Shown: positions 51,371 to 63,745 of the stretch, one piece after another
How the letters are laid out: each line of letters begins with the position of its first letter
How positions within the stretch are numbered: position 1 is the stretch's first letter
From: Octopus sinensis
Taxonomy: Eukaryota
NCBI RefSeq assembly: GCF_006345805.1
Contig: NC_043001.1
Coordinates: forward strand, 66,774,001 to 66,838,000
Reading direction: 5' to 3'
Length of the DNA stretch: 64,000 nucleotides
The notes under the pieces: model-generated
Database searches by the model: none
What the model saw: the letters and a program-made list of their open reading frames with translations, nothing else
Told to the model about the DNA's origin: nothing
Position numbers and translations under genes: made by a program

Positions 51371-52546
51371 TATATGTATGTCACTGTGTGGCACCTGGAT
51401 GGCCCTGGGCTAATCAAAACCTTATCAGTGAATCTGGTAAATAACCAAAAGAAGCCAGTTACACACACACACACACACAGATAGACACACTCACACACAC
51501 ACACAGATAGACACACTCACACACACACATACAGAAGGAGAGAAAACTAGTCATGACAGTTTAGATATTGTTTTACATACCTTATTTGATGGTATAAACA
51601 ATGCGTGTATATATTAGATGCACCCTATTTCAGCAGGGCATATTCAGGAAAAAATTGTTTTTAGTGCATTAAAGCCTATGGGAAGCCCAGATTTGCATAT
51701 AGGATCTGAAGTGATTTTTTGAGAAATTTTGTCATAAAAAATGTGCAGCATTTGTCATCAAATATATTGGTGATTATTAGTTATATATTTTAAATTACAT
51801 AATTTAGATTCATTCTCAAACAAGTAGCTTTTACATGTAAAATTATTGGATGAGATGTCAAAATCAACCTGTCACCTTATTTTAATATCACATGATAATT
51901 GTAAATGAACATCACCATCTTACTGTGTCCTTTGTTTTCCATACAAATAGTGTCCTTCAATTTCTGTAAAAACATGTCTAGTTTTACTTGAAAACAGATG
52001 AAGCATAGTAACAGGAAGGGACATCCAACTGTAAAAAATCTGCCTCAGTGAATTCTGTCCACTCCATGCAAGAATGGAAAGGTGGACATTAAAAGGATGA
52101 CAACAACACTGTCAATATTAGTGATGTGAATGGAATATAATAGATATGTCCCATCAAAATGTAGAAGTGAAAAATTGTAAAACATGCGTGTTTGGTCTAT
52201 AATATGGTTAACAATCAGATAAACTATTTAACATGTAATCTAATTACAAATCTGAGATTTCATGTCTTTATTAGACTTTATCAATGATAGATTATAGAAC
52301 AGCTGTCTCACTATGCTGAAGCAGCTGTTTCAGTGATGGCCCCATCCAATTTTCCTCTTTTATTAAAATTTCACTTCCATACTTACCTAGTAATATCTTC
52401 CTACACTCCACTCCAAGCAGCTGAGATAAGATTAATGTTAAGACTTTAGATTTTGTGTCTTTCTAAAACAGGTCCCACATACTTAGAGTAATGGGTTCAA
52501 GGTTTTACCATTTGATCCTTCTGAGGTGGGTAAGTGTTAATAATAG

Positions 52547-52830
52547 GTAAAGTACGTAATTAGTCCACCTGGCTTAGTAAGAAGTTCCAGTGCTACATAA
52601 TGGGTAGATGCTGATCCTGGGTAAGTTATATAATTAGTCCACCTGACTAATATACAGGTCAGTAGATGCTACATGGTCAGTAAATGTTAACCATGAGTAA
52701 AGTACATAATTCACTTGACTGACAAGTTCGATTGCCACATGATGGATAAATCTTAACCATGGATACAACATATTATTAGCTCACCTGGCTGACAAGAGGT
52801 TCCCTTATTACCTTGTAGATGAATGCTGAT
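52547..52830. repeat. Diverged minisatellite of about 70 bp, four units
   Basis: Recurring gtaaagtacataattagtccacctg(a/g)ct...gctacat.atgg.ta.atg.t.a.c at about 52547, 52621, 52697 and 52763. Confidence 0.75.
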
Positions 52831-53469
52831 TTGTAAAGTCAAATCAGAATTCAGTTGTAAACGGTTAGAATGTGGTTGGAAACAGTTGAAGGGAAACTAA
52901 TACATTTTTAGTGCCCTCTTTGGAAGTCAAAGATTGTTCCAACAGAATTTGAACTTAGGTCATCAAGGCACTGAATTTAAATTGTTATTAAACAACCTGT
53001 TAATCATTTTACAACTTCAAGTAGCAGCAGTATATTGATATTAGTGTAGCCATGTGGTTAAGCAGTTTACTTTTCATGGTTCCACTACACAGCACCTTAG
53101 CCAAATGTCTTCTGCCATAGCTTGTGAGTGGACTGTGTATGTTGGTGAGTGGTTGATTTAATGGGTCTCCTTGTTTAACACCACTGACTGGCTTATGGTG
53201 GAAGCTTTATAGTAAACTTTGGGACTGGATCTTTGATTTGAGCAAACAATAATTGTTTATTCTAACAGTCATTGAGACACTGTAAAGCATAAAAAAATCA
53301 TGAGCAATTCTTCAATATACTCAATATAGATCAATTTAAAGAAGTCATTTTAATCAAGAGCCGGGACACACCCATTATTGCATGTGAAAGTTTTGAGAGA
53401 GAATGTAGAATGAAGTTTAAAATAGACAATAAGTTATGTGGTGTGATGCAACCTTTTTATTCTCTTTTA

Positions 53470-53845
53470 TTTATTTTATCTTCTACTTGCAGCCATGCTG
53501 GGGCACCACCTTTAAAGATTTTTAGTTAAATGAAGCGATCCCAGTACTTTTTTTTAAGCTTGGTATTTATTCTATTGGTCTCTTTTATTGAACCACTAAG
53601 TTATGGGGACATAAAATACCCAACACCGGTTGTCAAGTGGTGGTGGGGTACAAACAAACACAAAGACATATGCAGATACACACACACACATGGTGGGTTT
53701 TTTTCAGTTTCTGTCTACCAAATCCACTCACAAGGTTTTGGTTGGCCAGAGGCTATAGTAGAAGACTCTTGCCCAAAGTGCCATGCAGTGGGACTGAACT
53801 GTGAACCATGTGGTTGGGAAACAAGCTTCTTACCACACAGCTACA
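53470..53845 (-). mobile_element. tRNA-derived SINE, family 1
   Basis: Reverse complement of the family-1 consensus motifs. Confidence 0.8.
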
Positions 53846-54290
53846 TCTGTGCCTATTTATTTATTTATTGTTTTGTAAACTTCCGTTTACATTTGCAGCA
53901 TGCAATATAATGTTGGCACCTTACCAAATTATTCAGTAAACTACCTATGCCAAACTTCCTAAACAGATGTCAGTTGTCAAATTTTCAACTTCCTCAAGAT
54001 TTTAGCAGATGAGGGCAGTACAATTCCCTGACTGGGCTGTGAGTTGTGTTTTTGACCAAGACACTTTATTTCACATTGCTCCAGTTCAATCAACTGGATA
54101 AATGAGTTGCAACACTGGTACCAAGTTGTATTGGCCTTTGCTTTCCCTTGGACATCTGTGGCATGGAGAGTGTATGCATGGATGACTGCTAGTCTTCCAC
54201 AAAAACAACCTGCCTTGGTCTTGTACCTTGGAGGGGAACTTTCTAGGTGCAATCCCATAATCATTTGTGACTGAAGGGGGTCCTTACATG

Positions 54291-54343
<53 letters not shown>

Positions 54344-54636
54344 GGCTCAACACATTGAGTTGTAACAAGCACCTAGGATTACTTGAGGTAGACAATCCCA
54401 ATATATTTCATCCGCTGGATAACTCCTGGGTTCGCTTCACTGGATTATAGATATTTTACTGAGTGTATATCCAAGACAAAATATGAAGATAAATACATCT
54501 GCATATTCTTTTATAGCTATTCAACATATTTAGTTTAAATTAATCCAATGTGTGTTTCTGCTGTATAGACATCTTAGAAATTGCATTTGCATCCAGCTAC
54601 TTTCAACTGGTTATTAGTCTACACAACTTTATTTAA

Positions 54637-55816
54637 CCCTTTCGTTACCAAACCACCCAAAGCCGCCCGAAAAAAATTTTGGTTAATGTGACCAAGCCGC
54701 CCAAACCCGCCCATATTTACCTATTCATATTTAAATGAGAATATCAGAGCAAATTTCTTTAGTACATTCGTGAAAACACTGATTATAGTTCGTAAACAGT
54801 TCATCTACAGTTTTGTACAACGATCGAAGTGTAATTTTAATTCCATGAATTTTGGGAGATTTTTTTCCAAAATTTGTTCCTATTGTTTTTTCAAAATTTG
54901 TAATTCTGACAAAAAATGGATACGAATTTCATTATATCAAGCAGCGAGTCAGAATTCGAAGGGTTTTCTACTGAAGACCTTGATAAATCTAACTCTATGA
55001 CTGAAAAAAAAAGCACGTGGTATTTGATAATGAATCTGATGTTTCATTTTCCGAAAGTGAAAACAATGAATCCGAGAGCTCCGACAGCGATAAAGAAAAT
55101 GAATTGGCACCTGAATGGAGTGAAAATTTAAAAACTGTTTCTTTCGGTGATTTTTCTGAAGAAACTGGACCAAGCCACAGACTTTCCCAGGAGAGTAAAG
55201 CCTTAGACTATTTCTTTTTACTTTTTTGAATGAGCCTATTTGAAATCATTACGGCGGAAACGAACCGTTACGCTAATGTAAACAAAGCGAAAGAAAGGAT
55301 AGTTAGTGGTTTCCCACAACCTTAAATGAAATTAAGACTATTTTGCCATAAATATTATTATGGGTATCAGAAAGTTACCCAGAATAACAAATTCTATCAT
55401 AAAATTTTGTTGTATACCCACAATTGAATTTAGCTAATAACCATTTTCTATAGCGATGTTTGAACAAAATTTTACCAGAATAACAAATTCTATTCATTAA
55501 AATTTGTTGTATACCCAATTTGAATATTAGCTAATAAACCATTTCTTAGCGATGTTTGAACAAAAATTAATAATTTTCTATTTGTTGAAATTTCTGTATC
55601 TACCTGCAATTAGAGTCACTTTGAGACAAAAATTATAGTTATAGAATTGGTTGAGAACTTTTCATTAAATTATCTTCAAAAAAAATCATTTTATATTGAT
55701 AAAATAAAAAAAAGTTATAGTTGGTTTAATGAAACAGACAAATTTTTGATTATGTTTAGAAATTAATTGAAACACATAAGGGGTGTATTTTGGTCAGAAA
55801 TATAGTAACGAAAGGG
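54637..55816 (+). mobile_element. Internally deleted piggyBac element (1180 bp)
   Basis: TTAA TSD at 54633-36 and 55817-20; perfect 12-bp TIR CCCTTTCGTTAC. N-terminal transposase remnant: acidic SESE..SDSD, then EWSENL..F.EETGP...ALDYFFLLF..IITAETNRYA...IMGIRKLP (PGBD4-like). Confidence 0.92.
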
Positions 55817-56473
55817 TTAATGCATGTCCGCTTATGTGGTTTGAAATGAACTAGGCTTAGCTAGCATTATTTTGTTCAGTTACTATAGTTTTTGAATGAA
55901 AAGAATGAGAGAGAAAGATTTAGAAACCTGATATGGCTATAAAAACTGCTATGAGGTTGACCCTAGGCTGACTCTAGGTTTGAATTTCAAATCGAGAATA
56001 CTAGACCTTTAATTAGGTTGAAGTGTATTTCTTTTTTAAACACTAGCCTTAGGTGGATTAGGAATTAGTGAGTTTCAGATATTGCATACAGTTACCAGTC
56101 ACTAATTCAGATATAAGTTAACCCATTAGCATTTAAACTGGCCAGATCTGGCTTCTCACACCTATCCTACAATGTCATTCTGAAATTATATCTTTCAAGA
56201 ACTTTCAAATATGTAGTATTCAGTATGGGGTGGGGGATACTGATTAGTACTTGATATAGGCAAACTAGATATTATACTGATAGTTACCATGTAAACTCAG
56301 GCACTTCCTATTTATTTGGTGCTTAATTAAAAATCCTTTCAATGGAAGTATTTGAATGTCCTTTTGTAAAGGTGTTGACATCTTAGGACCTATTACTGGT
56401 TACTATTAAGCAACTGGTTTCTAGACGTGAAAATATGTATACATATCTACATGTATACACACACACACACACA

Positions 56474-57332
56474 CAGTGTGATGGGTAAATTGTCACTTTT
56501 ATATTTTTAATTCCACGCATTTGCATTGTTTTTGATTTTGTTGACTACACAGTGTACTAGGTCAGTTGGGCACTGCCTATGAGAAAAACCGTATCATGAC
56601 GCAATTCACTCTGCCAGAAATTTGGAAATGACATGCTGTACTGCTTGGCATTCACACTAGAAGCTCCAATACAAACATTTTAGAGTGTTTGGGTGTCAAT
56701 CTAAGGACAGTGCTGAGGATTCGGAAAGAGTTGGATGAGTCTAATGGTGATTATGAAGGTGTTTGGAGTGATCACAAGTGATGGTGATGTTATGCTTCCA
56801 TTCATCTTCCTACACAGCCTCAGACTCAACATGAAGGCCTACATCAAATGCCTGGAGGAGGTAGTGCTGCCCTGGGTCAAGAGGGAGGCTGCTGGATGAC
56901 CCTATGTCTGGCAACAGGACTCTGCACCATGTTATGCAAGTAGGAGAACCCAGACATAGCTGTCAGACAATTTCTGTGACCGCATCACCCCTAACATCTG
57001 GCCACCTTACACCCCAGACTGCAATCCTCTTGATTATTATGTGTTGGGTACTGTTGAGCGACCAACAAAACTCCTTGTAAGACCAAACATGAACAGAAGG
57101 CAAGGATTATGGCAGCATTCACCAACTTAAACAAGGAGACCATCCAAAAGAGTTGCAGGAGATTCCGAAGTTGTCTGGAGGCTGTGGTTGAAGCATAGTG
57201 ATTTTATTGAATAAATTTACTCTTTAGTATTTCAAGGTATTTTTATGTAATTTTGGTAAATATATCTGTTACAGTGAGATGTCTGTTATTTTCATTTTTG
57301 CATAATTTAGACAATTTATTCACCGTACCCTG
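56474..57332 (+). mobile_element. Internally deleted DD37D (maT-type) Tc1/mariner element
   Basis: Degenerate TIRs sharing TAAATTGTC, TA at 57333-34. Remnants RTVLRIRKEL | VMLPFIF..LRLN..AYIKCLEEVVLPWV...WQQDSAP-(37 aa between D and D)-WPPYTPDCNPLDYY. Confidence 0.82.
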
Positions 57333-57360
57333 TATACACACACACACGTGTATATTTTTT

Positions 57361-57716
57361 TTTTCTTTTACTTGTTTCAGTCATTTTGACTGCGGCCATC
57401 CTTGAAGTGTTTTAATCAAACAAATTGACTCTAGGACTAGTCTTTTTTAAGCCTAGTACTTATTCTATCAGACTCTTTTGCCAACATGGTAGGCTATGGG
57501 AATGTAAAAACATCAACATTAGTTGTCACGCAGGGGTGAGGGACAAACACAGACACACACATACTTATATATATATGATGGGTTTCTTTCAGTTTCACTC
57601 ACACTGCTTTGGTTGGTCTGTCCAAGGCTATAGTAGATGACACTTCCCCACGGTGCCACACAGTAGGACTGAACCTGGAACCATGTGGTTAGGAAGCAAA
57701 CTTCCTACCACACATT
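57361..57716 (-). mobile_element. tRNA-derived SINE, family 1
   Basis: Reverse complement of the family-1 motifs. Confidence 0.8.
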
Positions 57717-57901
57717 CGCACTTGTTATTACACACACACACACACGCACATGGTTTAATGTTCACTTTTCCATCCTAGCATGATTGGACAGAATTTGAAA
57801 CAGATGTTTCTGTGGCCAGATACCCTTTATGTCAGCAACCTTCACCTGGTTCCAAACAAGCTAATATTTCTCCACAGGCTGTCATGTCTATGCAAAATAT
57901 T

Positions 57902-58116
57902 CTGTTCTACTCTAGACACAAGGCCCGAAACTTTTTGGAGGAGGGGGCCAGTCAATTAGATCGACCCCAGTATGCATCTGGTATGTAATTTATTGAACCC
58001 GAAAGGATGAAAAGTAAAGTTGACCTCAACAAAATTTGAACTCACAACGTAAAGACACATGAAATACCGCTAAGCATTTTGCCCTGCGTGCTAACGTTTC
58101 TGCCAGCTCTCCGCCT
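57902..58116 (-). mobile_element. Full-length family-2 SINE with 17-bp TSD
   Basis: TSD TGTCTATGCA(A/G)AATATT at 57885-57901 and 58117-58133; inserted into an older tail-type repeat. Confidence 0.9.
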
Positions 58117-58308
58117 TGTCTATGCAGAATATTGAAAATGGACGACACTTGTGTAACAGTAACTCTCATTTACAGATATCATGTGCTGTCAAGGCAAGGA
58201 GACACAAATACACACACTCACGCATTGTACATACACACACACACTTATATCAGAAATGTATTTGAAAACTAGAATTCCTGCATAGGGAATTTCCCCAATT
58301 TCTTTAAA

Positions 58309-58895
58309 CTAACAGTCATCCATGTGTATGCACCTACAATAGATGCAGAGGATGAGGTGAAAGACACCTTCTATGAACAACTGCAAACTGTGGTCGAGAA
58401 TGTGCACAAACATGATATGGTCATAGTAACTGGTGATATGAATGCCAAGGTTGGAGCAAATAATTAGGGGAATGAGAGAATAATGGGTAAACATGGAACA
58501 GGAATTATGAACAGTAATGGCAGAAGGCTTGTAGAATTCTGTGGGATGAATGATCTCATCGTTACTGGAACTATATTCCCACACAAGGACCTTCACAAAA
58601 ACACCTGGATCTCTCCAGATAAAAGAACATCAAATCAAATTGATCACACACTTGTCAAATGTAAATACTGCTCATCAATAAAAGCCACCCAGGTCATGAG
58701 AGGCGCTGATGTTGCAAGTGATCATCAGCTTTTAAGGTCACAAGTGAAGCTGAAACTTAGAAAACACTTGTACAAGACAAAGACAAAAACAAAATATGAC
58801 ACTTGTAAACTACAAAATCAAACAATCAAAAGCAAGTTTATTATGGAACTGAAGAATAAATTTGCTTTACTTGAGGCGATTCCAGAAGAGATTGA
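58309..58895 (+). mobile_element. RTE-type LINE apurinic endonuclease (APE) fragment
   Basis: VIHVYAPT..EVKDTFYEQL...GDMNAKVG...NGRRLVEFC...TWISPD..SNQIDH...ADVASDHQLL. Confidence 0.88.
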
Positions 58896-59357
58896 CAGAT
58901 CTCTGTTTCTGTTACCATTATTACAACAGCCACTGTTCATCTGACCTTCAAAACTGTATAGCTCCCCACCTTCTCACTCTTCACCAGATACATCTGTCTT
59001 TTATGTTTTTTCATGTCATCTCAGATCCTACATCAAGTATTCTTATTAATTATTCCTCCCTATCACTACCATCCTGATGAAATCACTCTCTCTGTTACAT
59101 TGACCTAGAGAGCTTGACGCTCAATGAGGATAACCAGTCTGTGATGACCAATGTAATGTCCACAGTGCTTTAGCTTCCCTTACTAATTAAAAAAAAATAC
59201 AAATATCTATTTTGTGTCATTATTATTGTCACTAATGATTGCTGTTGTAATATTAACAATTTATTTAAAATAATTACATTTGGTATCTTATTATGTAGCA
59301 TCACTTCTGCTGTTTTGTTTGTTAAATTATATATATTCCTGTCTTCTTTTAAAACAG

Positions 59358-59480
59358 GGAGCATGTTATGTCTTGGACGTTCCAATTACTTTCGCTTCAA
59401 TCACCCTCAAGAAGCTAAAATGATTAAAAGTGCTATGCCTGACTGCCGTATATCTATGGTTCCTTTAAACTTTCTTCATG
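59358..59480 (+). CDS. PHLDB1: Coding exon C of the PHLDB-like gene, end of the FHA domain
   Basis: Acceptor tcttcttttaaaacag, 123 nt, donor gtaagt (phase 1 to 1), in frame with exon B. Translation (G)SMLCLGRSNYFRFNHPQEAKMIKSAMPDCRISMVPLNFLH(G) matches PHLDB1 GCMLCLGQSTFLRFNHPAEAKWMKSM. Not in the ORF track; found by reading. Confidence 0.92.
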
Positions 59481-60629
59481 GTAAGTAATGAAATATTTAA
59501 AATGCCTTGATTGAAATATTGTTATTACAATTATAATTGTTCATAGATGAAATAGTTTTAAAACAATATTATGTTCCAAACAGTTTGATTCCAGATCATA
59601 GTCATCATCATAAGATGTAAATGTGTCAGACTGGATTTGAACTAGGTACTTTTAATACACAACTAAGGGCAATAATGTTCATGTGCAACTAGTTGCACTT
59701 GTGCTGGTGGCTTAGTGGGTAAGTGTGTTATTATCCTTAGTGCAGAATTAAACATTACTTCTTCAAATCTGGTCTGATGTATATTGAAGTATGACACTTG
59801 ATGACATGAACAATGGAACCTCCATGTGGTTGTTTGGACTGCTACAAGTAACAGCTAAATCTGCTTCAAATGACACCCATCAATCTTAAAAAAAGGAAGG
59901 ATGTGTAGTACATCTAGAAGTACATTATTCTGTGTTTGAAATTTAGATGGTCATGGTTGGAATGTCTTTGATCATAGGGTTGTTCATTCATGGCTGACCT
60001 GAGTCTAAACATCAAAATGTAGTGTTGATGTTATTGTAACTTTCAACTGTAAAGAAATGGTCATTTAATTGTTCATTAAATAAGAATCTAATTAGAATAA
60101 TTCTCTTTTAGTGCCTTATTAGTTTAACACACTCACTGGTCTGATTTCCACTCATTAACTTATTTGTTTTTACTAAAAATTTTCATTGCATTTTGCAACC
60201 TTTTCAATAGTTGTTGACTCTGTCCATTATCAGAACTGTGTTTTTGTTTTTCTTGTGCACAATAAATATTCTGAATATAATTGCAGAATCTCATTCTGTT
60301 TTCTTGTAATTAATTAACAGACTTCGTGTCTTTATAAGAATCACAGATTTCTGTTTGTAAGTTCTTTGCCATCACAGACAGAAACATAAAATGCAATTTA
60401 CATCATGGAAAAATTAAAAAAATAAGAAAAAAATGAAGATCCCAATCAAGTGAGAGAATGGTGAAAAATAATGTCATTAATTCTTGATACCATACAACAG
60501 TAAAAGTTATATATAAGAGCAAGTGTATATAATGTGAGTTAACACTTAACTTTCTCAGCAGAAACTTTATCCGTTACTCATTATCCACTCAGCACTTGTT
60601 CTTCATTCATTCATTATATTCACCCTTCA

Positions 60630-60843
60630 TGGTGGCAAACTGGCAGAAACGTTAGCACATCGGGTGAAATGCTTAGCGGTATTTCGTCTGCCTTTACATT
60701 CTGAGTTCAAATTCTGCCAAGGTTGGCTTTGCCTTTCATCCTTTTGGGATCAATAAATTAAGTACCAGTTGTGTACTGGGCTCAATCTAATCAACTGGAC
60801 CCCTCTCCAAAAATTTCAGGCCTTGTGCATAGAGTAGAAAAGA
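60630..60843 (+). mobile_element. Full-length family-2 SINE with perfect 17-bp TSD
   Basis: TSD ATTATATTCACCCTTCA at 60613-60629 and 60844-60860. B-box-like gagttcaaattc; the central tttgcctttcatccttttgggatcaataaattaagtacc resembles a Meta-type SINE domain as recalled. Confidence 0.92.
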
Positions 60844-60999
60844 ATTATATTCACCCTTCACCCACCCACACTCCCTGGTTCTTTTGCCCTCATTACTTCT
60901 ATTCACCTTGTACTTTGAGAGTCTACACAGACATCTCATCAACTTTATTTTTATCTCTTTCTAGCCCCATCCTAATCATCCACCTCCTCTCTTCTGAAA

Positions 61000-61300
61000 T
61001 ATGCATTGACATGTGGCCCCTTTTCAGCAAGAAATTGATTTTCATCTGGCCCCTCACCTTCTACCATGAAGCTACCTCTCTCGGAGTTAGTAGTCTTGCT
61101 AGTTAGTTGCATGGGGAACTCGCTAGTGCTGGTGCCCACCCCACAAAGCACCTGATATATATTGTATACTTTTGGTGCTAGGAAGGGCATCTAGTCATAG
61201 AAAAACATACTAAAGGAGACTGTGGAGCACAATCAATTTCTTAGATTTGTTGGTTCCTGTTGAACCATCCAACCAATGCCTGCATGGAAGATGGACATTA
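61000..61300 (+). mobile_element. RTE-type 3' tail fragment
   Basis: aggaagggcatct...ccaaccaatgcctgcatggaagatggacattaaa(tga)n. Confidence 0.65.
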
Positions 61301-62595
61301 AATGATGATGATGATGTCAGAAGTTTGTTTTTCTCTCAAGATCTAAATTTTCTAATTCATTTTAAGGTTTTGTAAATGTAGAGGAGATTTAATAACAGTG
61401 AAACATGTTTAGAATTGTCTCCGTATTTACAAAAGATCAGTCATTTGGTCCCCCAGTGTATTTTAAATCAATTTGAATTTGGGAGTTCTTGCCTTTCTTG
61501 GCAAGAATTATCATAAATGTTTATCATTTTCTTTCCATTATATGTGAAATGTTAATTTGTTTTTGCCTTGGCTCACCATATTAAACAAGTTAATCCCCAC
61601 ATAAATCCACACAGCAAGTATTTGTCACTATTAAGTTGGTGTTTAGAATATAATGGCTTAAAAGTTTGTTGTTTAAAATGTAACATAAATGAAAGGTGAT
61701 GTTTAGAATATTGTTGATGTTTAGAGTATAAGTTAACAAATGTTCTTACATGAAATTATGACAGAAAATTTCAATTTCAGTTTGGAGATTTTTAAATGAG
61801 AGATTTTTCTCTCCAAAAATATGAGAAGTGTCTCAAGGGAGTTAGTAAGGAAAATATTTATTTTGTCTCTGTTGACATAATTAATGACAGTCAAAGGTGA
61901 CGAAAGAAGGGAATCTCAGTACAACACCACTGCCATAAAAGAAGGCCATGCTTAAAAATGATCAGATATTAAGATTATTGGTGTTTTATATTTGTTAAAA
62001 TCTATTTTTTAAGCCAGTTTCTCAGTTTGTGAAATGTAAGACAATTAGGTGAAGTGCTTTGAAAATACTTAGTTTTGTTTGTCAGCCATATGAGGTGAAA
62101 AAGAACAATTGAATAAGTAGGGAGAGAGAGGAGGACACAGAAAAAGACAGACAGTAGATATATGGAAGAGGGAGAGAGAAAGAGAGAGAGAGTAAGGTAA
62201 TTATTTTTGTTAGCATGAAAGGATGACCCAAATATAGAGAGCAAGACTTAATATGTTTCTCTATTGTTTTATTTAATCTTTTATTAAGCTTGGTGTTGGT
62301 GTGATGGCATGACATTATAGCCAAGTTTGACAAGGTGATACTTCACTCACTCACCTACCAGATTAGCTGACCCCTTCCCTCTTCTTTTTCTGAGACTCTT
62401 TTCTTCTTTAGCTCTCTTTAACATTAGAACAGCTGCTGTTTCTTCTTGATCAACAGGGGCCCTTTTCTGTCCTCTACACAGAATTATTCTTTCATACACA
62501 CATTAGTAAAATGACTGCCCTCCTGTGTTCAGTGGTAAGTAAAAGAAAAACCCTTTCATGTTTTAGTCTCTTCTCAAGAATTTGTAGTGATATGA

Positions 62596-62596
<1 letters not shown>

Positions 62597-62652
<56 letters not shown>
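62597..62652. repeat. (CT)n microsatellite
   Basis: Direct reading. Confidence 0.95.
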
Positions 62653-62659
<7 letters not shown>

Positions 62660-63269
62660 CTGTGATTACATTAAATGCTTAGTATCAGTTACATTTGTAA
62701 CCTTATATGTTGGGTGTGGTGTTGGTGGTGGCAATAAAAGGGTAAGGTGGGGCAGACTGGGTAGAAACAGACCATAGTGTCAGATTAACTATTTTTGCAG
62801 TGTTTTCTTCTATTCCATGGGTGTCGGCTTTGTTTTTCACCTCCCTGTAATTGATAAGATAACTGCCTGTTGTTTAGCCCATGATCAAATAGGCCTATGA
62901 TCAAACCACAGTGTAATTGAAGGCCTTCCAACCATTATTCTGTCTTTTTCTCCAAGCGGCAGTTAACCTTAGACTACTTTATCTAATCTATGTTCATAAA
63001 GTGTGATTTAAGGGTGAGATGGCTATTTTTTCTAGCTAGTCCATAAAGAGTGTATACTTCAAATACAGTGAAATTGTGATCATCCTATCTTCTTAGTACT
63101 ACGATATCAATTTCTCTTTTTTTTTTTTTTGATCATCCCATCGCAGCCCTTTGGAACTCAGTATGCTTTCACTGAATTATGTTTTACAAACACCCCCTCC
63201 ACATCTCTTTTCTTTTGGAAAAAAAGATTATTTAATCAAACTGAAGCTGATATAGTACAGTGGTTTTAT

Positions 63270-63745
63270 CTTTTTATTTGTTTCAGTCATTAGACTGCGG
63301 TTATGCTAGGGCACTGCCTTGAAGAATTTTACTTGAACGAACTGACCTCAGTTCTTATATTTTTTTTATTATCTTTAGCCTGGTATAGTGGTATTTCGCC
63401 CATTACTACATTCTGAATTCAAATTCTGCTGAGGTTGACTTTGCCTTTCATTCTTTTGGGGCTCAATTAAATAAGAACCAGTTAAGCACTGAAGTCGATG
63501 TAATCGACTTAATCCCCTCTCCCAAGCTGCCCTTGTAAACATTTGAAATCATTATTTTCAGCCTGGTACTTATTTTATCAGTCTGTTTTGCTGAACTGCT
63601 AAGTTATGGGGATGTAAACACACTGACATTGATTGTCAGGTATGTGTTGAGGGAACAAAGACACACACACACAACGGGCTTATTTCAGTTTCCATCTACC
63701 AAATCCACTCACAAGTCTCTGGTCAGCCTGAGGTTACAGTAGAAC
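63270..63745 (-). mobile_element. Family-1 SINE (-) with a nested 5'-truncated family-2 SINE (+) at about 63386-63549
   Basis: Family-1 reverse complement on both sides; imperfect duplication attat(c)ttt(c)agcctggta at about 63368-63385 and 63551-63568. Confidence 0.7.

Noticed and set aside
58483-58944. ORF that would annotate as a 'craniofacial development protein 2-like' gene
   Set aside because: It is the APE endonuclease of an RTE LINE, with a stop upstream and no splice context.
59683-59698. Perfect 16-bp palindrome GTGCAACTAGTTGCAC
   Set aside because: A rough estimate gives one or two such palindromes by chance in 64 kb of AT-rich DNA.
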